From: a virus
Taxonomy: Duplodnaviria > Caudoviricetes
Reading direction: 5' to 3' (one strand)
Virus record (IMG/VR): IMGVR_UViG_3300033067_001565
Location: 1 to 42,488 of that record
Length of the DNA: 42,488 nt
Part shown: piece by piece, positions 17,256-25,603 of the stretch
Layout: each line of letters starts with the position of its first letter
Numbering within the stretch: the first letter of the stretch is position 1
Notes under the pieces: model-generated
What the model was told of the DNA's origin: nothing
What the model saw: only the letters and a program-made list of their open reading frames with translations
Database searches by the model: none
Position numbers and translations under genes: made by a program

Positions 17256-17741
17256 ATGGATGAGCTCGAGCAGCAACAGCGCAACACCGTCGTCGCCCTA
17301 GCCCGGACATGGGTCGGCACACCGTATCGCACCGGCGCGTGCGTGCGCGGGCCCGATGGCGGCGTGGATTGCGCGAACCTGCCGGCGGCCGTGTATCAGG
17401 AAGCAGGCATGGTGGAGAAGTTCGAAGTCGAGTATTATCCGCCCGACTGGCATCTGCATCAGGGGGCCGAGCGTTACCTCAACCGCGTGATGATGTATGG
17501 CCGCGAGCTGCCCGAGGGCGAGCTTCCCAAGCCCGGGGATATGGTAGTCTGGCGCTTCGGCCGCTGCTTCGCCCATGGCGCGATTGTCGTCGAATGGCCG
17601 CGCGTCATTCATGCCTTCGTTCGTACGCCATGCGGATATGCCAACGCGGAGCAGGATCATCTGCTAAAATATGTCGGCGAGAACGGGCCAGACAAAGGCA
17701 AGGAGCGCGTGCGGAAATTCATTACGCTGTGGGGGCGCTAG
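17256..17741 (+). CDS. NlpC/P60 cell-wall peptidase, tail associated
   Basis: ARTWVGTPY, GVDCANL, PGDMVVW and HGAIV..VIHA give the Cys-His-His triad. Confidence 0.92.
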   Translation: MDELEQQQRNTVVALARTWVGTPYRTGACVRGPDGGVDCANLPAAVYQEAGMVEKFEVEYYPPDWHLHQGAERYLNRVMMYGRELPEGELPKPGDMVVWRFGRCFAHGAIVVEWPRVIHAFVRTPCGYANAEQDHLLKYVGENGPDKGKERVRKFITLWGR

Positions 17742-20700
17742 ATGGGGTTTTTACTCGGGGGTGCTAAGACGCAGGCAAAGCAGGCACCGGCCGTCGGCGG
17801 CATGCAGGTGCAGACTTCCGCTTATGGCAAGGTGATCGCGGTCGTCTTCGGCACCACGCGCATCGCGCCGAACCTGCTGGGCTATTATGACTTCCTCGCT
17901 ACACCGCAATCCTCGGGCGGCCGCGCGGGTAAAGGCGGCGTGGGCGGTGGCGGTGGCGGCAAGGGCGGACAAGGCGGCCAAGAATATCTCTATCAGGCCT
18001 CCATCCAGTTCGCGGTATGCGAAGGCCCGATCCAGAAATTCGGCACCGTATACAAGGACAAAAACGTCACCTCGACGGCCGAGCTGGGCATGTCGACATT
18101 CCTCGGCACATATCCGCAGGCGGCATGGGATTATCTCGTCAGCAACCATGGCAGCACGGCCGCGCAGATCACCGTGCCGAGCGTCGCGCCCTATCAGGTG
18201 CAGATTTCAACGCCTAACACCTTCATCGCGGATCTTGGCATCGTGGGGCCACCATCGGTCGCCACCTTCACCCGCGTCAGCGTGTCGCCGGGCCCCGGGC
18301 AATACAGCCTCAACGCCATCTATAATTACGCTTATTCCGATTACACCTTCAACACCGCCGACCGCGGCAAGACGGTGATCATCCGCTATGTGAACGGCTA
18401 TAATGGCGTGCAGGCCAGCGTGCAGCAAATCATCCCGACGAGCGGCTCGCCCGTCATCCGCATCAACGCCATGAATGGCTTCGCGCTCACCGATCAGGGC
18501 GTGACCTCCACCAATATCGGCTACATCCCCGTGACGGGCGCGCCGGCGGCGAACCAGTACCGCGTCATCGGCGGTCTCTACACGTTCAACGCGGCGAACG
18601 CCGGTGCAGTGCTGACGGTGAATTATGCCGCTACCGATACCGCCAAACCATTCCAAGCGATCGGCTACACCGGGCTCGCGCATGCAGATGTGGCGAATTA
18701 CCAGCTTGGCAATAGCCCGCACCTGAGCAACCATAACTTCGAGATTTACGGCATCTACTCGAACAGCGTCGCCGGCTCGCAGGACGCGGACCCGTCCCTC
18801 GTCGTCACGGCCATCACCAGCGATGACAAGTTCGGCGTGGCCTTCCCGCTATCGAAGTGGGGCGACTTGACGACATATCAGAATTACTGCCTCGCCACCG
18901 GGCTGTTGATTTCGGCCGCGTATGCCGAGCAAACTCCTGCGAATCAGGTGCTCGAGGATATCGCCCTTGCCACCAATTCGGAATTTGTCTGGTCCGGAGC
19001 GACGCTAAAATTAGTTCCTTATGGTGACACAATTGCAACAGGAAACGGCAAGACCTACACTCCGCCTAGCGTTCCGCTCTTCACCATCACGCTGAACGAC
19101 CTGATCTTCTCGCCCGGCGACGACCCGGTGCAGCTCAACCGCAAAAACGTGTCGGATTCCATCAACAGCATCAAGCTCGAGGTGCTCAACCGGACGAACC
19201 AATACTCCATCGCGATCGTGGAAGCGAAAGATCAGGCGGCGATCGATGCCTATAAGCTGCGCCAGAATACGGCCTCGCAGACGCATCTGTTCACTGACAT
19301 GGCCGCTGCCACCACCAGCGCAAACTTGCAGCTCCAGCGCCAGCGCATCCTCAATCAATACACCTTCACGCTGGTCGAGCCGTATATCGTCCTCGACCCC
19401 ATGGATGTGATCAGCATCCCCATGCCTGACGGCACGCAGCAGCTGGTGCGCATCAAGGAGATGGATGAGAACGACGATGGCTCGATCACCTTCCAAGCTG
19501 AGGATTATCTATCGGGCGCAGGCACGGCCGCACCGAGCTATAGCTTCCAGCAGTGGGGTGGATTCTCGGCGAACTACAACTCGGATCCGGGCACCGTCAA
19601 CACACCCGTCATCTTCGAACCCACCGCGCAGCTGGCCGAAGCGCTCGAGGTGTGGCTCGGCGTATCCGGCGGCGATAATTGGGGCGGTGCGGATGTTTAT
19701 ATCAGCAACGACGGCGATACCTACGCATTCACCGGCCGCATCACCGGCCCTGCTCGCACCGGCGTGCTCACCGGATCCATGCCGACGGCGATTGAAGCGC
19801 CCACGGGCCCGACTATCGACACCACGACCGTCGTCGGCGTTGATCTCAGCCAGAGCAACGGCGAGCTGCTTTCGGCCTCGCAGCAGGAGGCGCTCAACCT
19901 CGCGACGCTCTGCTGGATCGATGGCGAGTTCATGGCCTATCAAAACGCCACGCTCACCGCGGCAAATAAATTCGACCTGTCCTTCTTCGTGCGTGGTGCC
20001 TATGAAAGCGACATAAGCGCGCATGCGGTGGGCTCGCAATTCGTGCGCTGTGATGACGGCCTGCTAAAGATACCGTTCACGCAGGACCGCATCGGCCAGA
20101 CGCTCTATATTAAATTCCTGTCGTTCAACGTCTATGGTGGCGCGCAGCAAGCGCTCGAGACAGTGAGCGCCTTCACCTACACCTTCCAAGGCACGGCCTA
20201 TAAATCGCCGCTTCCCGATATCACGAACCTGCGCCAGCTCTTCATTGCGCAGATCGCGCAGATCGTTTGGGACGAGGTCGTCGACTTCCGCCCGGTGCTG
20301 TATGAAATCCGCAAGGGCCCGACTTCGGATTCAGGCCAGATCATGGGCCGTTTCGCTCACCCTCCCTTCAATCTCGTGGGCGATGACAGCTACTGGATCG
20401 CAGCCTACTCGCAACCCGTGCCCGGCCTGCAGGTCTATAGCGAAAACTGGTTCGGCGTAACCGTGCTCGGCTCATCGCTCACCGATAACGTGATTGCCAG
20501 CTGGGACGAGCGCGCAACGGGCTGGAGCGGAACTTGCAGCGGTTACGCGGCAGTCGTCGGCAGCGAGGTTGTCACGACAGGCACGGGCAACTTCCTAGGC
20601 ATCACTGATTTCCTCGGTCTGATGGATTTCCTTTGGAATGGCGGTCAGGGCAACGGTACCTACACGATCCCCACTGCGCACCGCATCATCCTCACCGTGG

Positions 20701-21269
20701 CAACGCCGTGCCCGGTGCTGATTTCATGGACCGCATACGGCCAGCACCCGGGTCTATCGTTCCTCGCCTATCCTGATTTCCTCGCTGTGACCGACATTCT
20801 CGATCTTGGCTCGAGCGTAAATATTGACGTTTATCCCGAGATCCGCATGAGCCAAGATTTCGGCGCGACGTGGGGAGCTTGGCAGAAATATGTCGCGGGG
20901 GTCTATGTAGGCAATGCCTTCGATGCGCGCGTGCAGCTGATCACCTACGACCCGACCGTGCAGGCGCATCTTTCGCAGCTGGTTTTCAAGGTCGACGTTC
21001 CCGATCGCGTGGATCATTACACCAACCTCGCAATCGGCACCGGCGGCCTAAGCATCACCTTCAAACTGGACGGCACCGTCACGGCTGCGCCGTTCAATGG
21101 GGGGCCGGGCGGCGCGCTGGTTCCGAATATTCAAGTCACAATCTTGAATGCATCACCGGGGGACGATGTGGTAGTGTCATCCGTGACGCTTTCAGGCTGC
21201 ACGGTGCAGGTCGTCAATGGCGGCAGCCCGGTAGCACGCAACGCAAACGTCATAGCTCAGGGGTTCTAA
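17742..21269 (+). CDS. Central tail tip / host-specificity protein (gpJ-like / GTA megatron-like)
   Basis: 1175 aa; QTSAYGKVIAVVFGTTRIAPN, CEGPI, WIDGEFMAY and YIKFLSFN motifs; follows NlpC/P60. Confidence 0.88.
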   Translation: MGFLLGGAKTQAKQAPAVGGMQVQTSAYGKVIAVVFGTTRIAPNLLGYYDFLATPQSSGGRAGKGGVGGGGGGKGGQGGQEYLYQASIQFAVCEGPIQKFGTVYKDKNVTSTAELGMSTFLGTYPQAAWDYLVSNHGSTAAQITVPSVAPYQVQISTPNTFIADLGIVGPPSVATFTRVSVSPGPGQYSLNAIYNYAYSDYTFNTADRGKTVIIRYVNGYNGVQASVQQIIPTSGSPVIRINAMNGFALTDQGVTSTNIGYIPVTGAPAANQYRVIGGLYTFNAANAGAVLTVNYAATDTAKPFQAIGYTGLAHADVANYQLGNSPHLSNHNFEIYGIYSNSVAGSQDADPSLVVTAITSDDKFGVAFPLSKWGDLTTYQNYCLATGLLISAAYAEQTPANQVLEDIALATNSEFVWSGATLKLVPYGDTIATGNGKTYTPPSVPLFTITLNDLIFSPGDDPVQLNRKNVSDSINSIKLEVLNRTNQYSIAIVEAKDQAAIDAYKLRQNTASQTHLFTDMAAATTSANLQLQRQRILNQYTFTLVEPYIVLDPMDVISIPMPDGTQQLVRIKEMDENDDGSITFQAEDYLSGAGTAAPSYSFQQWGGFSANYNSDPGTVNTPVIFEPTAQLAEALEVWLGVSGGDNWGGADVYISNDGDTYAFTGRITGPARTGVLTGSMPTAIEAPTGPTIDTTTVVGVDLSQSNGELLSASQQEALNLATLCWIDGEFMAYQNATLTAANKFDLSFFVRGAYESDISAHAVGSQFVRCDDGLLKIPFTQDRIGQTLYIKFLSFNVYGGAQQALETVSAFTYTFQGTAYKSPLPDITNLRQLFIAQIAQIVWDEVVDFRPVLYEIRKGPTSDSGQIMGRFAHPPFNLVGDDSYWIAAYSQPVPGLQVYSENWFGVTVLGSSLTDNVIASWDERATGWSGTCSGYAAVVGSEVVTTGTGNFLGITDFLGLMDFLWNGGQGNGTYTIPTAHRIILTVATPCPVLISWTAYGQHPGLSFLAYPDFLAVTDILDLGSSVNIDVYPEIRMSQDFGATWGAWQKYVAGVYVGNAFDARVQLITYDPTVQAHLSQLVFKVDVPDRVDHYTNLAIGTGGLSITFKLDGTVTAAPFNGGPGGALVPNIQVTILNASPGDDVVVSSVTLSGCTVQVVNGGSPVARNANVIAQGF

Positions 21270-21270
21270 T

Positions 21271-22917
21271 ATGTCACAAACCACACCAATTATGCCGACA
21301 ACAGGGGTCTACGGTGGCCTCGCTGCAGCGGGTTATATCAACGCCGGCTTCGACACGCTTAATACCTGCTGGCTTGGTGCGACTGCGCCGAGCGATGCGC
21401 CAAACGGCATCCCGAAACAGGGGCAATTCTGGATTGACACCTCGACCGCAGGATACCTGAAAGTGAAACGCTACGACGGCGCGAGCTGGGTGCTCGAGAG
21501 CACGATCGACACCACGAACCACCTCCAGATCGCCCCGATCGGCGGTGGCGTGAATAGCATCGCCGGCGCGGCCACTACTGACCTCGGAACGAAAGCGGAG
21601 GCGCTCATCAACATCACGGGCGCGGGCGCGACGATCACGAGCCTAGGCAGTTCGCAGCCGACCGGTCAGGCGAAAGTCATCGTCTTCGCCGGCATCAACA
21701 CGCTGACCTATAACGCCACCAGCCTGATCATCCCGGGCGCGGCGAGCATCACCACGGCCGCGGGCGATAGCGCGATCGTTATGCCGCTCGGCTCCGGCAA
21801 CTGGAAGGTGATTTCGTATATCTCCGCCACTTCAAACACCACGGCGATCAGCGCCACCTCCATCAATGGCGGCCAGATCGCGGGCTTCCGCAACCGCATT
21901 ATCAACGGTGATATACGCATCGACCAGCGTTTTGTCGGCACCTCAGTGACCCCTTCAGGCGCAGGGACGAATAACTATATCGCCGATCGCTGGAGTGCTT
22001 TCATCCAGCAGGCTTCGAAATTGACATTCCAGCAAGTCGTCGACGCGCCGGCTGGCTTCAAATATTCGCTAAAAGCAACCGTTGCCGCGCAATATACGCC
22101 ACTCACCGGCGACACGTTCAGCATCCAGCAGCGCATCGAGGGGCAAAATATCGTCGATTTAGCCTTCGGCACCGCAAGCGCGCAGACTATCACGGCCACG
22201 ATATGGGTGAAGGGATCGGTCGCAGGAAACTACACGTGCTTCTTCATCAACGGCGCTGCAAACCGCTCATATTTGGGCGTGCTGCCAGTGACGACTTCAT
22301 GGGTCAAGCAAACCGTCACGCTCATCGGAGACACATCAGGGACATGGACCACCGACAACACGACCGGCATGTTCTTCGGCATTTCGCTGGGCGGCGGTGC
22401 CACCTTCCAGACTACGACCGGATCGTGGCAGGCGGGCAACTTTATCCAAGGCAGCAGCGCGGTGCAATTCGTGTCGCAGGTAAACGGCTCGACCCTGCAA
22501 TTCACGGGCGTGCAGCTTGAGCTGGGCAGTATCTCCACGCCGTTCGAGCAGCGCCCTATTGCGACCGAGCTGGCTATGTGTGAAAGATATTATCGCAAGA
22601 GCTTCCCGCAGGGAGTGGCTCCAGCGCAAAGTGCGGGGCTCACCGGCTGCCTTGCCGCGGTTGCTTCTGTTACCACAACGCAGACGATGGGCTATTATTG
22701 GAAGTTCGATCTTCCCATGCGCGCATCGCCTACGATTACCACCTATAACCCCAGCGCTGCGAATGCAAACTGGCGAAACAACGGCGGCTCCGATGTCACC
22801 GTCAGCGTCGATCCGGACAGCACAAAAAGCGATGGCGGCGTTCTCATCTATTCGACCGGGGCCTTAACGGTGGGGGCACGTCATTACATCCACGCCGCAG
22901 CAGATGCCGAGCTGTAG
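21271..22917 (+). CDS. Tail fibre / receptor-binding protein
   Basis: GQFWIDTS N-terminus, FRNRIINGDIRIDQR...ADRW and VQLELGSISTPFEQRPIATELAMCERYY modules are common in phage fibres. Confidence 0.8.
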   Translation: MSQTTPIMPTTGVYGGLAAAGYINAGFDTLNTCWLGATAPSDAPNGIPKQGQFWIDTSTAGYLKVKRYDGASWVLESTIDTTNHLQIAPIGGGVNSIAGAATTDLGTKAEALINITGAGATITSLGSSQPTGQAKVIVFAGINTLTYNATSLIIPGAASITTAAGDSAIVMPLGSGNWKVISYISATSNTTAISATSINGGQIAGFRNRIINGDIRIDQRFVGTSVTPSGAGTNNYIADRWSAFIQQASKLTFQQVVDAPAGFKYSLKATVAAQYTPLTGDTFSIQQRIEGQNIVDLAFGTASAQTITATIWVKGSVAGNYTCFFINGAANRSYLGVLPVTTSWVKQTVTLIGDTSGTWTTDNTTGMFFGISLGGGATFQTTTGSWQAGNFIQGSSAVQFVSQVNGSTLQFTGVQLELGSISTPFEQRPIATELAMCERYYRKSFPQGVAPAQSAGLTGCLAAVASVTTTQTMGYYWKFDLPMRASPTITTYNPSAANANWRNNGGSDVTVSVDPDSTKSDGGVLIYSTGALTVGARHYIHAAADAEL

Positions 22918-23382
22918 GTGAATGAGATTGCACATATCGCCCTCGGCATCGCGCTGGGGGCGCTTGGAAACGCCGCATGGGGGCAGGATGGCGGCAGGCG
23001 CTGGCAGGCCATCATTCTCGTTTCTTGCGGCTGTGTTGTAGCGAATCCACAGTTCGCGCCATGGCTTCCGTTGATCGGCCTGCTCTACTGGCTCTTCCGC
23101 TTTCAGGGCACGGGCGCAAGCTGGCTCGCCTTCCACACCGGCCGCAACCGCATGAAGGCGATTCTGCGCGGGTGGCCGCTGCTGCCTTTCGCTGCATTCT
23201 TCACACTGATCGATCACAAGGATGTCCACATGATCCTTGCCTTCGGATTTCCTGTTTTAGCTTATTTTTACTATCTTTCGTGGAAGCTTGCCCCGAAAAT
23301 ATGCACTGCCATTTCCGAGCTGCTTGTGGGCGCATATCTCGTCGCCGTCGCAGCTGACTGGACCGGATGTCAAGTCGTCTAG
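22918..23382 (+). CDS. Multi-pass membrane protein of unknown function
   Basis: 154 aa with several hydrophobic segments; abuts the fibre stop codon; terminator downstream. Confidence 0.65.
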   Translation: MNEIAHIALGIALGALGNAAWGQDGGRRWQAIILVSCGCVVANPQFAPWLPLIGLLYWLFRFQGTGASWLAFHTGRNRMKAILRGWPLLPFAAFFTLIDHKDVHMILAFGFPVLAYFYYLSWKLAPKICTAISELLVGAYLVAVAADWTGCQVV

Positions 23383-23391
23383 CTCCAGCTC

Positions 23392-23423
23392 GGGGGAGGC
23401 CTTAAAAACCTCCCCCTCTTTTT
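23392..23423 (+). terminator. Intrinsic terminator
   Basis: GGGGGAGG-ccttaaaaa-CCTCCCCC followed by TCTTTTT. Confidence 0.85.
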
Positions 23424-23512
23424 GCCCAACTCTTTTTTACAAGCGCGACGGCCGCCTGTTGTGGTATTCCTTCAAGGGCAGACATAAAAAATCGATTCGG
23501 GGGGATCGGGGC

Positions 23513-23881
23513 ATGGATGAGACAATTAGCGCGGCCGCCGCAGCTTCGAGCGCTTTCACCGGTGCAAAAATATCGACCCTGACCGCCGGCGTGATAGGTG
23601 CCGCGCTTTCGCTGAGATTCCTGCGCCGGGAAATGTCGGTTGTGGAGGTGCTTACCACCATTCCATCCGGGGCCGCGATGGCCGTTTACGGGGCTCCGCT
23701 GGCCGCATGGTGGTTCAATATCCTCGAACAACAGGTTGTAATTGCGCTTGGCTTCTTTATAGGATTATTCGGACTATCGTTATGTGCCGCTGCGTTCGAA
23801 GCGATACGCGAGGCGAAGCCTTGGCAATTCGTGATGGGCAAGTGGGGCGGCGGAAACCCAAGCTCGGGAGACAAGCCATGA
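23513..23881 (+). CDS. Holin (probable)
   Basis: 122 aa with about 3 TM segments (AGVIGAALSLRF, GAAMAVYGAPL, LGFFIGLFGLSL); upstream of the endolysin. Confidence 0.7.
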   Translation: MDETISAAAAASSAFTGAKISTLTAGVIGAALSLRFLRREMSVVEVLTTIPSGAAMAVYGAPLAAWWFNILEQQVVIALGFFIGLFGLSLCAAAFEAIREAKPWQFVMGKWGGGNPSSGDKP

Positions 23882-24201
23882 TGCTGATTCCTTTGATCAC
23901 CCTTTTCGCGACGGGCTTCATCTTCTTCGTGACATCCCTGTCGATCCTTTCGCGATGCGTGAATGACGGGCTGCTGATGAAGTTTGGCCTGATCCTGATG
24001 AGCGTTGCATCCTTCGGCAGCGTCTGGAAGCAGATCGAAGGCGGCCCGAATCAGGGGGCCATGTCCGTCATGGTGATCGGCGGCGCGATCGTGCTCGGTG
24101 CCTATATCAAAACGCGCCTGAAGGGGCAGCACATCTGGACACCTCATAAACCTATCCGGGGGGATATTGCATGCAGGGCAGCGACACCGCGCTGGAGATA
24201 G
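23878..24201 (+). CDS. Second membrane protein of the lysis cassette (holin partner / antiholin candidate)
   Basis: ATGA overlap; three hydrophobic segments and a basic C-terminus. Confidence 0.6.
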   Translation: MMLIPLITLFATGFIFFVTSLSILSRCVNDGLLMKFGLILMSVASFGSVWKQIEGGPNQGAMSVMVIGGAIVLGAYIKTRLKGQHIWTPHKPIRGDIACRAATPRWR

Positions 24202-24608
24202 ACCTTCACCGCGAGCCATCCCAGAATAGCACGCCCGGCCTCCTGTCATTCAACGGGCTGACCTTCTACACCCTCGAGGACATCGAGCGCGGCGGTGGCG
24301 ATCCGTTGACAGTTTCGAGCTGGAAGGTTGACAAGGAAAGCGCCATCCCGCGCGGGCGCTACGAGATAATCAACAGCATGAGCAAGCGCTTCGGCAAGGT
24401 ATTGCCCGAGATCAAAGGGGTCGACGGCTTCACGGGCGTGCGCGTGCATGGCGGAAACAAAACGAAAGACACCGACGGCTGCGTGCTCGCCGGGCTTAAC
24501 CGCGGCCCCGACATGATCTGGAATTGCGAAAAGGCCGTGACTGCCGTCATCAACGCCATCGCTGCGGCTGCAAAAGAGGGCCGCCGGGCCTTCATCACGA
24601 TTCACTAG
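24171..24608 (+). CDS. Endolysin candidate, DUF5675 family
   Basis: YTLED, SAIPRGRYEI and FTGVRVHGGNKTKDTDGCVLAG motifs; lies between holins and spanins. Confidence 0.82.
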   Translation: MQGSDTALEIDLHREPSQNSTPGLLSFNGLTFYTLEDIERGGGDPLTVSSWKVDKESAIPRGRYEIINSMSKRFGKVLPEIKGVDGFTGVRVHGGNKTKDTDGCVLAGLNRGPDMIWNCEKAVTAVINAIAAAAKEGRRAFITIH

Positions 24609-24617
24609 GGGGAAGGT

Positions 24618-24956
24618 ATGGAACTGCTGCAAAAATACCTTGGAACCCGGTTTTCCTTCTATAGCATCGCCGCCCTCACCTGCGCGCTGCTGATCGTCTA
24701 TGGTGTCTTCCACATCAAACTCCAGCTCGCCGCGGCCGAGGTCACTTCCCTCAAGGGCGAGCTTTCAACCTGCCATGCCTCGATCACCGTGCAGAATGCG
24801 GCCGTAAAAAATTTCGCCGCGAATTGCACCGAGCGCTCCGGCCGGGCGGATGCAGCTGCTGCCTTCTCGCTGGTCGAATCCGAGAAGGAACGCGCGAAGA
24901 TCCTCCAGTCCGAGCCGGGCGTGAATTCCATGAATGCATTTTTCGGGGGGATATGA
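24618..24956 (+). CDS. i-spanin (Rz-like)
   Basis: One N-terminal TM segment followed by a coiled-coil-like region; follows the endolysin. Confidence 0.7.
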   Translation: MELLQKYLGTRFSFYSIAALTCALLIVYGVFHIKLQLAAAEVTSLKGELSTCHASITVQNAAVKNFAANCTERSGRADAAAAFSLVESEKERAKILQSEPGVNSMNAFFGGI

Positions 24957-25240
24957 TGCGCCCAATCCTTATCGCGTTGCTACTGCTGGCCGCTTGTGGT
25001 GGTGCGGAAGACACGAAAACCACCTTCGTCAACGTGCCTGTCACCGTGCGCGCGCAAGCACCTAAGCAGCTGCTCGCCCCGATCGAGCAAGAGCCGCCTG
25101 CCTTCATGGATCCGGCTGGCCCCGGCGCATCGAGCGCCCTCGACAAAGTAAACGAGCTTAAGCTGAAGCTCTACGTCGCCGCGCTCAAGCAGCGCATCGC
25201 CGCGTGGACCGCTTGGGCTTCCAGCGGCAAGGGGGAATGA
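24953..25240 (+). CDS. o-spanin lipoprotein (Rz1-like)
   Basis: MMRPILIALLLLAAC lipobox; Pro-rich body. Confidence 0.75.
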   Translation: MMRPILIALLLLAACGGAEDTKTTFVNVPVTVRAQAPKQLLAPIEQEPPAFMDPAGPGASSALDKVNELKLKLYVAALKQRIAAWTAWASSGKGE

Positions 25241-25596
25241 TGATCACGCCGTATTATGTCGAGATCGCGCTGTATCAGGGGACCACGTTCGACCCGGTCT
25301 TCGTGCTGAAGAATCCGGATGGCAGCCTTGTCAACCTGACGGGAAAAACCGGGCTATGGAAGGTCTATAAGAACAAGGGCGACGCGCAGCCGGTGATCAC
25401 CTTCAGCACGGCGGATGGAAGCCTCGTTTTCGGCGGCGTAAACGGCACCATGCAGCCGATCTACCCGGCCGCCAGCAGCACGCCCGACAAGCTCCCGGCC
25501 TTCAACGGATATCACGACCTGCGCCTGACCGACACGGCGCTGGTGCGCACCGATCCGCTCCTCTACGGCCCCTTCAACTTCAAGCAGTTCCCATAG
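25237..25596 (+). CDS. Small beta-rich protein, possibly an adaptor/anchor for the following fibre
   Basis: IALYQGTTF...PDGSLVNLTG pattern typical of fibre-anchoring (BppU-N-like) domains. Confidence 0.55.
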   Translation: MMITPYYVEIALYQGTTFDPVFVLKNPDGSLVNLTGKTGLWKVYKNKGDAQPVITFSTADGSLVFGGVNGTMQPIYPAASSTPDKLPAFNGYHDLRLTDTALVRTDPLLYGPFNFKQFP

Positions 25597-25603
25597 GTAT
25601 ATC

